DNA of 64,000 bases from NCBI RefSeq assembly GCF_006345805.1, contig NC_043022.1, positions 24,676,001-24,740,000 of the forward strand, written 5' to 3'. The position numbers and the translations under genes are program-made. This stretch comes from Octopus sinensis. Lineage: Eukaryota. Below, piece after piece: positions 38,933 to 52,354 of this stretch. Numbering within the stretch: the first letter of the stretch is position 1; the number at the start of each line of letters is the position of its first letter. The notes beneath the pieces are model-generated. The model was not told where the DNA came from. It did no database searches and saw nothing but the letters and a program-made list of their open reading frames with translations.

Positions 38933-39140
38933 GGCGGCGAGCTGGCAGAAACGTTAGCACGCCGGGCAAAATGCGTAGCCGTATTTCGTCTGCCGTTACA
39001 TTCTGAGTTCAAATTCCGCCGAGGTCGACTTATCCTTTCAGGGTCGATAAATTAAGTACCAGTTACGCACTGGGGTCGATGTAATTGACTTAATACCTAT
39101 GTCTGTCCTTGTTTGTCCCCTTGTGGGTAGTAAAGAAATA
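38933..39140 (+). mobile_element. SINE family B, full length
   Basis: Head, body and end match family B; flanked at a distance by a GGTATAGCAAGGT direct repeat. Confidence 0.93.
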
Positions 39141-39234
39141 GGTATAGCAAGGTGGCAATGGTTAATACAGCTACTGGTGCCCTCCTTCACTCCATCTCTT
39201 CAAAAGTAATACCAATGAAGATGCATGCGTGCGT

Positions 39235-39267
<33 letters not shown>

Positions 39268-40929
39268 GATGTGAGCGTTCCCAGTAGATTAAACAAATGG
39301 AAGACAAGTGTAAACAAAGAGGGTGAATATAAACAGAGAAAGAAACTGGCTCAAATTTCAAAACAATTAATTAAGCAAGATAGCTTGTCAGTAATTGATC
39401 AAAACTAAATAGTCTGTGTTGATATGGAAATGTTAATATTTAAAATAAACCATAATAGTAAATGAATTAATTATATCTAATCATATGAATTCTTCATTCT
39501 ATGAAATTAGTAATCACTGCCAACTATGTAAACGAGTCAATCAGATCTAATCATTTAAGTTTTACAACATATCCACACACTGAGAAGGAAAAAACAACAA
39601 AAAGTAACACATCTATAAACAGCCACACGCTTATAGATATAGACAGAATACACCCACACAAAGACAGACACTACACACCCATGAGAGATTATATACACCG
39701 TATGCACAAATGACGATGCCACGCTTATTTGGTCCTCAATGAGATTTAATCAACCATGTTTAAATGAAATATAAAACTTAAATATTCAAACCAGATATAT
39801 ATGTGTGTCTGTACGTACGTGAGTGTGTTGTGTCTGTACGTACGTGAGTGTGCGTGTGGTTAGAGGTTTACTTCCCTCCTCATATTACTTAAAGTTTTGT
39901 TAAGCAATATTTCTAAATGTCCAAAGAGCTGTCTGTGTTTTTTTCCACATCCACAAGATTTTGAGTAATATAGGGAACTAAGTCAGCTTGCAACTCCAAC
40001 TCCAACTATGTGCATTGGCTGCTACTTCCATTTGTCTGTTCACTCGCTCGTACGTAGAGAATGTTATACAACACTGAATTTGCTATACTGTTTGTAACCC
40101 CTTGGGTTTCAAGCAACCCTCTTAACCAAACCACTTTAGTCAATTATGATCCAACAATGTAACAGGCTTTACTGGAATACATGCTACCAGTAGTCACTCA
40201 CAGCACTCTGACAATATGACAATCTAACAAAAGTCCTGTTGCAGCATTTCAACTTTAACAGGCTAACCATTAGGGAGGTTAGCCGTTCAATACAGGAGCT
40301 AAACTAACTATTCTTTTGTGGTGTACTTAGTTTATAAAAATCTGTAAGGAAAATATAGCAGTTTTGATGACTTTAGCAAGATTTGAGTTTAATAGATGAA
40401 TTTTCTGTGTTATTTATGCATTTCTTTTATTTATTTATTTTGGTTTTGAAACATTGAAAATAATTCTTAATTACAAAATTATATAACTTTGTTGGTTTAC
40501 ATACCCAGTTGAAGATATTGTATAACCTTATTAATAAATATGCATCCAGCCTGAAGCATTTTATAACCCCATCGGCTTATATACATCTGGTCAGGAAGAT
40601 TCTTTAACCGCATTTTCTTAAAAAAGAGAACCGGCTTCTATAGGTAAATGACCTCCTGCAACAACAACTAGATCTTAGATAAACTTTATAAAACATTAAA
40701 TCTATATTTAGTCTGTGTGACCACACCTGATTTGTGTAGACATTTACTGACTACATTTGTTGTTGAAGAGTGTTTGGAGCAGCTGGCGTCTACATGTGCA
40801 CCTGGTTTCAGAAACATGTGCAGCTGGCTTCTGCAGCATGTGCATTTGACTTCTACAATATATGTAGAATGTAAATAGCCTCAACGAGAATAGAAGAGCT
40901 TCAAAACTAATCAATACAAAATCACCATG

Positions 40930-41322
40930 GGCACAGGCATGGCTGTTTGTTAAGAAGCTTGCTTCCCAACCACATGGTTCTGGGTTCAAACCCACAGTGT
41001 GGCACCTTGGGTAAGTGTCTTCTACTATAACCTTGGGCTGACCAAAACCTTGCGAACAGATTTGGTAGATGGAAACTGAAAGAAGCCCATCGTATATGTA
41101 TGTATGTGTGTTTGTCCCCCACCACCACTTGACAACCAGTGTTGGTGTGTTTATGTCCCTGTAAATTAACAGTTTGGCAAAAGAGATTGATAGAATATGT
41201 ACCAGGTTTATATATATATATATATATATAAAAGTACTGGGGTCGATTTGACTAAAATTTCTTCAAGGTGGTGGTCCAACTTGGCTGTAGCTTAATGACC
41301 AAAACAAGTAAAAGCTAAAAGA
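40930..41322 (+). mobile_element. SINE family A, full length, diverged
   Basis: Head with GGTTCAAACCC B box, body and tail present. Confidence 0.87.
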
Positions 41323-42199
41323 TGAGTTTGACAATTTATCCATTTCTCGGTCCTCATGTGTTTGAAAACAAGAATTATAACAAAAATCCAATGTACTATA
41401 ATATAAAGCAAAAAGGGGAAGAGTTACAACATTCCTGTTATTGCAGCAATGAAAGTTTGATATAATTGCTGTGTCACGTGCCTGATAGTCACGTGAGCAT
41501 ACTCTTTACTGAGGTTAACAGTTCAACATGGGAGCTGAACTAGGCAGGCAAGTGGAGCCTCTGAGGGTAAAGAGCCTTATACAACTACAACATTACTTGG
41601 ATGACTATTGTGCAGTGGAACTTCAATAAAGAGATGGAACTAATACACACTGGGCTTGTCTAATGTAGCTCAATGAATGGGCTGATATACAGAGCTATAG
41701 ATATTTTAAGGACCAGTACCAATTAATAAACAAAATTGAGAAGATAATGAATTTAATTATCAAGGAATTAATGTATTAATGCAGAAAATAAGCTCCCTGC
41801 TAAAGAATCAATAACACAGCTATTGCTAGTATTTATGGCTCACATCACAGCTCACCATGCTGGCACACAAAAAAAAACAAAAAAAACATGTGCATATACA
41901 TACACATGCTTTTATATGTGTATATGTAATTGATCATAATAAAAATCTCATAAACACAGAAGCAACAATCAATAAGAGTTGTGAGAAGAGAGGGAACTTA
42001 CATTATTACAAAATGGAGAAGAAGGAAAAAAAAAAGATTGTCAGAATAATTGTTTAAAAAAGTATTTTGTCAGACAAGAGGCTCATAGCCAAAAAAATGA
42101 TGATGATCAACGTGTAGAGTGCAGAGAGAGGGATCAAGCTCTGTTTGCAATTATCAATATGATAATCCAAGCCAATGAGCCAATACGATAATACAAGCC

Positions 42200-42370
42200 A
42201 ACTTGCTAGAAATAGCAACCAAATTAACCTAAAATCATACCTTTTGATTAAAAGAAAAGGAACACATTGAATAATGGAGTTCCTAATACACTATGTCACA
42301 AAAGACAGGATAGGCATGGCTGAAACATTTTTGATCATTGATGACCTAAGGTTAAACAAACATATACAAC
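42200..42370 (+). mobile_element. Repeat family E, diverged
   Basis: CTTGCTAGAAATAGCAACCAAAT...GGAACACATTG...GGCATGGCTG..TTTGATCAT. Confidence 0.6.
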
Positions 42371-42599
42371 AATCAAGAATATATTTAGAGCCATGAGAGT
42401 TTTACATTAATCATGGCCAACTAAAATCAATAAATCATCAGCCTGTGAGCCAGACAGTTCACAGTTCAACTCTGATAACGAGCATACCTTTTGTGTTCAG
42501 AGTCTAAATACTAACTGTTGCTAACTCAGAACATCTAGTTATGAATAAGCACCATGAGAAGATACAGTTGACTTTTGCTAGCAACGAGAAAATATTTAA

Positions 42600-42826
42600 C
42601 CCTTTGGCCACCATAGTTCTCTTGAAATACACTGCCTTTGTTTCGGCTGATTTTGAAAAGAAAGGAAAATTTAGTAAAAAATCATTTCTGCCATTTTAAA
42701 GCTGGTGTTTGGAACATAAAACACAAAATTTTGATAGGAGGTTTTAATTTAGATTACTTTAAAACAGGAAGCTTGTATCATAGAACCAGGCAGGGGCAGT
42801 TTTGGGTGGGTCAGTATCAAAAGTGG
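42600..42826. mobile_element. piggyBac-type MITE family H, followed by a SINE B' fragment (42830-42990)
   Basis: TTAA|CCCTTTGGCCACC start; AAAGCTGGTGTTTGGAAC and AGATTACTTTAAAACAGGAA shared with the 38450 copy. Confidence 0.7.
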
Positions 42827-43999
42827 AATTTCTTCTGGCTCTTTACATCCTGAGTTCAAATTCCACAAAGGTTGACAGTAGCTTTCGTCTTTTTGGGGGA
42901 TTAATAAAATAAATGCCAGTTAAACACTGGGACTCATGCAATCAACTAGCCTACTCCACAAAATTTCAGGCCTAATGCCCATAATAGAAAGAACTACTAC
43001 TACTACTACTACTATAGTAGTAGTATTATAAAGTACAAAGTAAAATGGTAGGAAGCTGAAATGTTGAGACCCATCGTTCATGTAAGATATGGAAGTCCAA
43101 GTGTTAATGTTGACCAAGAGGATAGAACGAGGGAGGAGTGTAAGCTATATAACCGATCAAAAGGGGGTTAATAAGGTTCATATTTGGGCAGACTAAAATG
43201 GGTGTGATGGTGGTGAAGGAGAAAGAATTAAAGAAGGAGGAGGCTGCAACACTCTGAACATCACCTACCACCACCACCACCATTATCAGCCAGTCAAATC
43301 CAAGCTAAAACAAACAAGACATTTTTATCAAACCACACAATCGACATTGCAGTAAAACGTCCAGTTACATTTAATTGGTTGGTCATAATGCAGAGTTAAT
43401 AAAAATACAGGGTATTGATGAAGACACTGATGGCAATCGTGGTGGTAGTGGTGATAATGATAATAATGGTGGCGCGATTATGTTGATGACGATGACAGAG
43501 ATGATGCAGATAAAGGACTTTTTGCAGGCATGAGCAATTTAATTGTTATAGCGGAATGGGGGCTGCAAATATCCTAGGCAGCCAGCCAGCCAAGGCAAGA
43601 TACCAAACTAATGGCAATAGCATAAATACCCTTAATGGTTGATGAAATTGAGGAAACAGTTGAGTGATGGAATGGAATATGGTGGTAATCAGGCTTTTAC
43701 AAAAAATGGCATTTGTTCTGGAAGGGAGTGAAACCATGGTTACTGGAAACAGATTTGCTGGCAGACAGCAGCAGCAGCAACAATAACAAAATAAGCAAAC
43801 TTTGACAACCTTTAAGCAGTTGGATGACCTGTTTGAAATAACAGCAAAATGTCCACCACATTACACCATTCCTGCCGTTGTACATAAACTGGACAATGCT
43901 TTGGACTACGCAGTCCTAGATAATCCACATAAAACTGCATGCATGTATGTTGTTGCCATTGCAAAAACAGAATAAAGTCAATGCTAAAAACTAAGCAAT

Positions 44000-44162
44000 A
44001 GACGTAGGAGTGGCTGTGTGGTAAGTAGCTTGCGTACCAACCACATGGTCCCGGGTTCAGTCCCACTGCGTAGCACCTTGGGAAAGTGTCTTCTACTATA
44101 GCCTCGGGCCGACAAAAGCCTTGTGAGTGGATTTGGTATACGGAAACTGAAAGAAGCCTGTC

Positions 44163-44202
<40 letters not shown>

Positions 44203-44410
44203 GTGTGTGTGTGTGTGTTTGTCCCCCCAACATCACTTGACAACTGATGCTGGTATGTTTACGCCCCCGTTACTTAGCGGTTCAGCAAAAGAGACCGATA
44301 GAATAAGTACTAGGCTTACAAAGAATAAGTCCTGGGGTCGATTTGCTCGACTAAAAGGCGGTGCCCCAGCATGGCCTTCGTCTAATGACTGAAACAAGTA
44401 AAAGATAAAG
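44000..44410 (+). mobile_element. SINE family A, full length, young
   Basis: A/B boxes, internal (TA)(TG) tract and tail. Confidence 0.93.
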
Positions 44411-44714
44411 ACACACACATACACAAATGGCCAAACACATAATGTACCAGTTTACAAAGTACTGGGTGTGGGTGATATAAAGAATTATGTACTTGAAGAC
44501 GGTGCTCCTGTATGGGCACAATCCTATGACTGAAACCACTAAAAGAATAACAGACAGAATCTGCATAAACAGACCTACCATGTAACAAGCCTTTCCCTAC
44601 CACTATACCTAAAAATATATAAATAAACGAAAATCGCATACGGTGAAACTGAGCACAATGTCTTTTGCAGTATGTGAGACAAAGAAACAGGAAAAACTAA
44701 ACCCTAAAAACAGA

Positions 44715-45695
<981 letters not shown>

Positions 45696-46122
45696 AATTT
45701 TAAACAAATATGTAAATCAATAATATATTATTTTGCAATGAAAGGTTTGTTCTTAGACAAGAGAGAAGAAGGAGAAGAAAATTGATCATTTCATAAGTGC
45801 GAGACGAGAGACGAATGGCAGAGCAATGAATAGCTTTGACAGCGAGAGATGGAATTGTAAGCTTTCTAAGCAAGCCGAGAACAGAGACTATTAAAATGAA
45901 ATATAATTCCATTTGCACTGCAGAGCCAACAACAATGAAAAATAATAGACGTTTCTTTTGTACGAGTCTTCATAACATTCCTGCAGACAAATGTGAGCAA
46001 CCAACAGACTGCAATAGAGAGGTTCAGTATCTCAGCAAAACAAATATTATTGTGGTTATAATAATAACAATAACAATAATAATAATAATCATCATCATCA
46101 TTGTTTAACGTCTGTTCTCCAT

Positions 46123-46281
46123 GCTGTGTGGTAAGTAGCTTGCTAACCAACCACATGGTTCCGGGTTCAGTCCCACTGCGCGGCATCTTGGGCAAGTGTC
46201 TTCTGCTATAGCTCCGGGCCGACCAATGCCTTGTGAGTGGATTTGGTAGACGGAAACTGAAAGAAGCCTGTCATATATATG

Positions 46282-46314
<33 letters not shown>

Positions 46315-46518
46315 TTGTGTGCCTGTGTTTGTCCCCCTAGCATTGCTTGACAACCGATGCTGGTGTGTTTACATCCCCGTCACTTAGCGGTTCAGCAAAA
46401 GAGACCGATAGAATAAGTACTGGGCTTACAAAGAATAAGTCCTGGGGTCGATTTGCTCGACTAAAGGCGGTGCTCCAGCATGGCCACAGTCAAATGACTG
46501 AAACAAGTAAAAGAGTAA
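46123..46518 (+). mobile_element. SINE family A joined to the 3' tip of a minus-strand family C copy (46088-46123)
   Basis: CATCATCATTGTTTAACGTCTGTTCTCCATGC runs directly into GCTGTGTGGTAAG. Confidence 0.9.
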
Positions 46519-46699
46519 CAATTATAATAATGATGCTTTCAAATTTTGGCACAAGGCCAGCAATTTCAGGGGAGAGGGTTAAGTTGATTAAATCAACCCC
46601 AGTTGGTACTAATTTTACTAACCCCAAAAGGATGAAAAGCAAACTCCAGCACAATCTATTATGCCATGCCCATTAGAGACAGGAAAACTGGTGCTTGTT

Positions 46700-47060
46700 T
46701 CCAACTGAGGGTAAAATTGGTGGAGTTATCCCTAATGGTTTCAGCTGATGGCTAGATCTCTTCTACAGCTGTTCTTCGGAACACCTGAAGTCAGCAATGT
46801 CCTAACATTGAATGAGTGCATGCAGAATGGTTTTGTTGCTCTGTGTATATCTTGGGCAGCTCCAAATGACATCACCTTCATGGCTGTAGAGTTCATTTTG
46901 AATCAGCAAATTCTCTTGGTAGCACAACCATCCAGAGATTTCTGAAATTATCCCTAGACTCCAGGCCAAAAACTCTCCTAGAACATGCCAAACAATTTTC
47001 GTTCTAATACAAGAATCAGTCATGGACTGTGACCCTTGTTCGCCCTTAACTCAACATGAT
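46700..47060 (-). mobile_element. Degraded L1/Tx1-like LINE ORF2 C-terminus (zinc-knuckle region)
   Basis: ORF 46802-47023 ends SCPRYTQSNKTILHALIQC, a decayed CxxC..ET..H....C zf-RVT-type motif. Confidence 0.55.
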
Positions 47061-47777
47061 CCTTGTGAGACAATACAGACAGGTTGTCAAGGCAACATGA
47101 TCAGAAATTGCAAGTGAATCAGATTGAGTCTGTATGGGCATGCAAGTCTGAAGGATCCACAAAGGTCAGATTCTTCCTGTAGCTGCATACCATTATGGTT
47201 GCATAAAAGAAAATATGACTGCTGTTACATTAGTGGAAGTACGAGCCACATTTTACAGTGTGGGCTGGGAGCTTCTTTCATGTTGATGGCACTGGGGAGT
47301 ATTTGAGAGGGTGAAGAGATTTTACGCCATGGACAAGCGTAAATGTATTGCTATGGAGAAAATACTTGGCTGACTATTCTGCATTTATATAGGGTTGGGT
47401 TAGCGTATAAGGGGAAGTGGTAGCAATGGGTTTCCATGCCAAAATATTCTCAAGAAGCAAGAGATAAAATGGGCAGTGGATCAGAGGAGGATAGTTACAG
47501 ATGGTTAGATATGGGGAGGTAGAGGGAAATATAGTGAGTGATAGGGTGCATCTTGATGGAAAACATCACTATGAGTGAGGAGTAAGAAGAGAGAAATAGA
47601 AATGGCTCAGTGACCATTGTACAGGGAGATGACAAGCAAGGCACAGGAGTGGTGGTGAGGAAAAGGTAGAGGTACATAAGTAACAGCTACAGTGAGTGTG
47701 GTGGTAGACAAGAGAGAACACTGGGAATGATAGGAGATATGCAAGGTGTTAAGATGAAGCATAGCAGAAGGAGGCGA

Positions 47778-47848
<71 letters not shown>

Positions 47849-48059
47849 TGGGAAACCTCTATAAATTGGCTGATGATTGCTCAACATTTTAAAACTGTTG
47901 TAATACTTACAATATTTAATAAAATGATGTAGCGTGAAACGATCATACCAAATTACCGGAGATATTCTTGTTGCTTATTTTGATTATAATTACCCCATGG
48001 ATTTATATGGATAACACCATACAAAATTCTGGTGCATCTAACATAAGTACCATATTCAT

Positions 48060-48090
<31 letters not shown>

Positions 48091-48099
48091 ATTGGCAGA

Positions 48100-48400
48100 G
48101 GTCTGAGACGAGGCGCATTGCTGTATTCAATAAGATCCACCTACCACAACAGAACTGAGATCCTAAAACCAAGGTGCCACATAAAAAGTATTAGTGATGG
48201 CGCTATGTAAAAAGCACCCAGCACACTCTATAAAGTGGTTGGAAATAGGAAGGACATCCAGCTGTAGAAATCAAGCCAAAACAGAATATGGAACCTGGTG
48301 CAGCCCTGGCTTTGCCAGTTCCTGTCAAGCCATCCAGCCCATGCCAGCATGGGAAACAGACATTAAATGTTGATGATTGATGATTGATGATGATGATGAC
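48100..48400 (+). mobile_element. Family C, diverged
   Basis: GGTGCCACATAAAAAG and TAAAAAGCACCC modules, GGAAGGACATCCAGCTGTAGAAA, (GAT)n tail. Confidence 0.8.
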
Positions 48401-49264
48401 AGTAAGTTACAAAAGTGACACAAGGCCCAAGGGTTTTGTGCACAGCACTTATCAAATTAAGTGCCATGCATGAAACTCTCAGCCCATGGTCACTTTTTCA
48501 AACTTTCAGCTGGCTAAAAAATAATAAAAACATAAATAAATACATCCTGAATTCTATTCACCCTATTTTATCAACCAACACACACACACACACACATACA
48601 TAAGTATACATACACACAAATATATACCTACATAAGAATGCACATATACACACATAAAAGCTATTGCAATCAATGAAAATTATATATAACAATCCAAGTA
48701 GAAGATAAAAGGTGAAAAAAAATTTTTATAAAATAGTAATAATAATAATAATGATATATATAACAGTATGGACCTGAGTTATTTTCAAGTGGTTTTACTG
48801 GAGACATGTCGACTGCAGCATACTTGAAAGCGTTAAAATTACAAACAGATATATCCGAGATGAGTTATCACTAGAATGATGTGCATTGATCAGGCTATAA
48901 ACCTCGTCGTCTCTTGTTTAACATAACAACCGAAGAGGAGTTTATTAGTTTGTTGTGAACAGCATTTGAGGTGGAGATGTTATGTCAACAGAAGTTATAA
49001 TCCAATGTGCAATGCAGAAAGGAAGGAGTGGTAAGTAGGGGAAAATGTGGGGAGGATGATCACATATCGTGTCAGAGCAACAGCGTGATTGACAGATGAA
49101 TAATAATTAAAAAAAATTTAAAAACTGTGAACAGTAACAGAGGTAGAGGTATTTTGAAACTTATTAAATTTGATTCCACTTGAACAGCACATTATATTCA
49201 ATAACAACAATATTTGGGGAGAGTATCGAAGGGCATCAAGAGGAATATAAAGGAAATTGGAATA

Positions 49265-49668
49265 GGCGTAGGAGTGGCTGTGTGGTAAGTAGCTTGCTTA
49301 CGAACCACATGGTTCCGGGTTCAGTCCCACTGCGTGGCATCTTGGGCAAGTGTCATCTACTATGGTCTCGGGCCGACCAAAGCCTTGTGAATGGATTTGG
49401 TAGACGGAAACTGAAAGAAGCTTGTCGTATATATGTATATATATATATATATGTGTGTATGTGTTTGTGTGTCTGTATTTCTCCCCCCAACCTCGCTTGA
49501 CAACCAATGCTGGTGTGTTTACATCCCTGTAACTTAGCAGTTCGGCAAAAGAGACCGATAGAATAAGTACTAGGCTTACAAAGAATAAGTCCTGGGGTCG
49601 ATTTGCTCAACTAAAAAGGTGGTGCTCTAGCATGGCCACAGTCAAATGACAGAAACAAGTAAAAGAGA
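49265..49668 (+). mobile_element. SINE family A, full length, young
   Basis: A/B boxes, internal tract and tail. Confidence 0.93.
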
Positions 49669-49669
49669 G

Positions 49670-49875
49670 AAAAGAGTGTAAATAGAGTGCCCAGTAGAGC
49701 TGTTACAAAAGGTTTGCCTCCTTGGCACAACCAGAATAAGCAGGAAAGTATTAGATAGTTGTAAAAAACAGATAGCATGGAACCGGAGGCTACAGGCAGC
49801 AAGCCCACTATGCATGCAAGACTCCAGGAGTTTCAACAAAACCTGAGTTAAAAAAAGAATAATAATAATAATAAT
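49670..49875 (+). mobile_element. 5'-truncated R4/Dong-like (RLE-type) non-LTR retrotransposon ending in (AAT)n
   Basis: Plus frame from 49682 reads IECPVELLQKVCLLGTTRISRKVLDS, matching the terminal QKA.LLGT.RI.RKVL motif of RLE elements; then ~100 nt and (AAT)6. Confidence 0.7.
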
Positions 49876-50811
49876 CCTTGCGTGTGTGTGTGTGTGTGTG
49901 TGTATCAGTAGTTCTGCTTGCTTATATAGTAGAATGGAGGTGAATGGAGAATTTACAACTTACAGGAGAGCAAATTAATCAACATACAAGAGCCTTTGGG
50001 AAGTGAATCTCACACATATAGTCATATGCTACAATAACAAAAATATTTACTTTGTCCAAGTAAAATGCAATTGCAATATTATGTGTGATATACTGTTAGT
50101 GTCTATATTTCTGTCTATGTGTAATGGTGAAGTGGGATGGAGAAATCACCAAAGCAAGTGAGTTAACAATCAAGATCAGCTAAATACAGAGGAACCGCTG
50201 CCCTGTTTATGATGTGGAATCCACACCATAGTGGATTCAAAAGACAGACTGAAAAGTGGACGTGTTCAAGTGTCTGTTATTACAATGTATGGGAAACCAA
50301 GCAGACAAATGAAAAGTATGGCAGTCTGGTATTTGGAACAGGTGTAGTGACGTCACTTTCCCAAAAACGATAACAGTATCTAGAGGGGGACATGAAAAAA
50401 TTTTTTCATCATTTACCATAAAACAAAACATCAACACAAGTAAACACAACTGAATTCCTCGTAGACAAATTACAAATTTGTTTGTATCATTTCTTAAAAT
50501 TTTTATTATTTTTTGTATTCATTTTCGTGGAAAAACTGGTGAGAAATACATTCGCTTTTTGTACACTTATAGCATTAGATTATTTATCAGCAATCAAACT
50601 TCACACTGCATTTTATTTTTATTTTTATGGTGGTAATGTTTACTTCCAGGTCAACCTGACTGAACAGACCTATCAATGAAACGTACAAGCTTTGATCATT
50701 TTGTTTTGTTTTTAAAGCATAGTGAAACTAGGGCTACAGTGTACAATGTGTCAGACCCTTAAAAAAAACTGAGCAATATCACTTGAGGGACATTTGACTA
50801 CTATCTTAACA

Positions 50812-51150
50812 CAGTGGTTCTCAACCAGGGTCCATATGGCTCCTGAGGGTCCATATGAGATTTTTCGAGGTGCACACAACAAAGTAACAAATTGGGGATC
50901 CAAAAGGGCCACTGAAAAAATTTTGATTTAGATGTATGTATTGGTATGTTTTACAAGGAACTCCTTGGTTTCTTTCTCTAATATTTTACATAAGCTCAGC
51001 CAACACAATTTAGTGTGAAAAACAAAATTGAAATTTTGAAAGAAGTTTCTATAAAACTAGTTTTTCGGCATCAAATAGCTATGGGGATCCACCAGAATAA
51101 AATAGTAATCAAAGGGGCCCAGATATAAAAAAAATGGTGGAGACCCCCAG
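50812..51150. mobile_element. hAT (Charlie-like) MITE
   Basis: CAGTGGTTCTCAACC ... GGTGGAGACCCCCAG (11/15 TIR match); 8-bp flanks TCTTAACA / GTTTAACA. Confidence 0.75.
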
Positions 51151-51292
51151 GTTTAACAGGTTAATAGCTATGTAGAGGTTCCTTCATTGGTTAGTCCAGA
51201 AACAACACAGTTCTGATGACCTTTACAAGTCCACCAAGACTGGTGAAACTGATACAGCTGTCATGTAGTCCAAACATCTGAAAGTACTTTAA

Positions 51293-51513
51293 CCCTTTCG
51301 TTACCATATTTATTTTGAGATGCTCTGTGTTTCTTTCAATTATTTTAGATGTAACAAGGAATTTAGTAAAATAACTCAGTTATTATTGAGCTAGTGTTAG
51401 GAACATAAATTGTGACTGAGATTTAGTGGAAGATTTTAATCCAAAATTTATGAAAACAAGACATTTGTCCTACAGAGCTAGAGCCGGTTTCAGCCGGGTT
51501 GGTAACAAAGGGA
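51293..51513. mobile_element. piggyBac-type MITE family G
   Basis: TTAA|CCCTTTCGTTACC ... GGTAACAAAGGGA|TTAA. Confidence 0.9.
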
Positions 51514-52354
51514 TTAATGTCAGTCAAAAGAAGATGATGATGCTTACTTAACAGGTTACAAGGAAGACACTGCACAATGCCAGCATTTGGATACAAATTC
51601 ACATCTTTTATTCTCTGAAAGGTCACGCACATAACTTCACTTGGTCATTTCGACATATCATTCTTGTCACTGGATGAGTCACACAAACACAAACACAGTT
51701 TCAAAATAGCAGAAAACTATTGCTAACATTTGCCACACAATTTTGTCATTCTGTCTTTTTAAAAGGTATGGTTGACCTCAATCCAATTTGGTCTCAACTT
51801 AAGATATTTTTAGCACCCACTTAGTAGTTCTTATGCTATCAGATATGTACAAGCATTCACAAAAAAAAAAAAACTTAAGAACCTTATTTATTTTTCACCT
51901 ACTTCATTCAATTACCCAATCCAAAACATTATTGCTAACTTGAGAATTTCGGCAACCTTTCAAAGACTAAGCCTTGCCACTCACTTTACCACTCCCAGGG
52001 TTAACTAGGAATAAAAATTTATCTGAAAAGTGTTCTGCCCTGGCATGATCGTAAGATGGCTGAAACAAGCTAAAGAACATGTGATATGTTTGTTTATTTA
52101 TATCTGCTTTACTACGCTAGCATGAGTTGGAGAGGAATTCATTTTGCAGCATGCTTTTGCAGAGAAGTGCAAATGACTGTTTTCTACAAATGGTGACACT
52201 TTGCTTAAAACCAAATAATGGGAGTACACATTCAGTCAAACATCACACACACACACAAACCCTAACAACCAGTTCTACTGAGCCAGAAACCATGTGGTTG
52301 CAGAGAAAACTTTGTAAATAAACAACAATGCCAACACACACACACACACATATT

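Noticed and set aside
40257-40287. Hairpin GGCTAACC-N8-GGTTAGCC
   Set aside because: An 8-11-bp stem is within chance expectation for 64 kb; no U-tract or TE boundary supports it.
49760-49860. Strong minus-strand acceptor (TTTTTTTAACTCAG) and short plus ORF MEPEATGSKPTMHARLQEFQQNLS
   Set aside because: Both fall inside the 3' end of the R4/Dong-like element.
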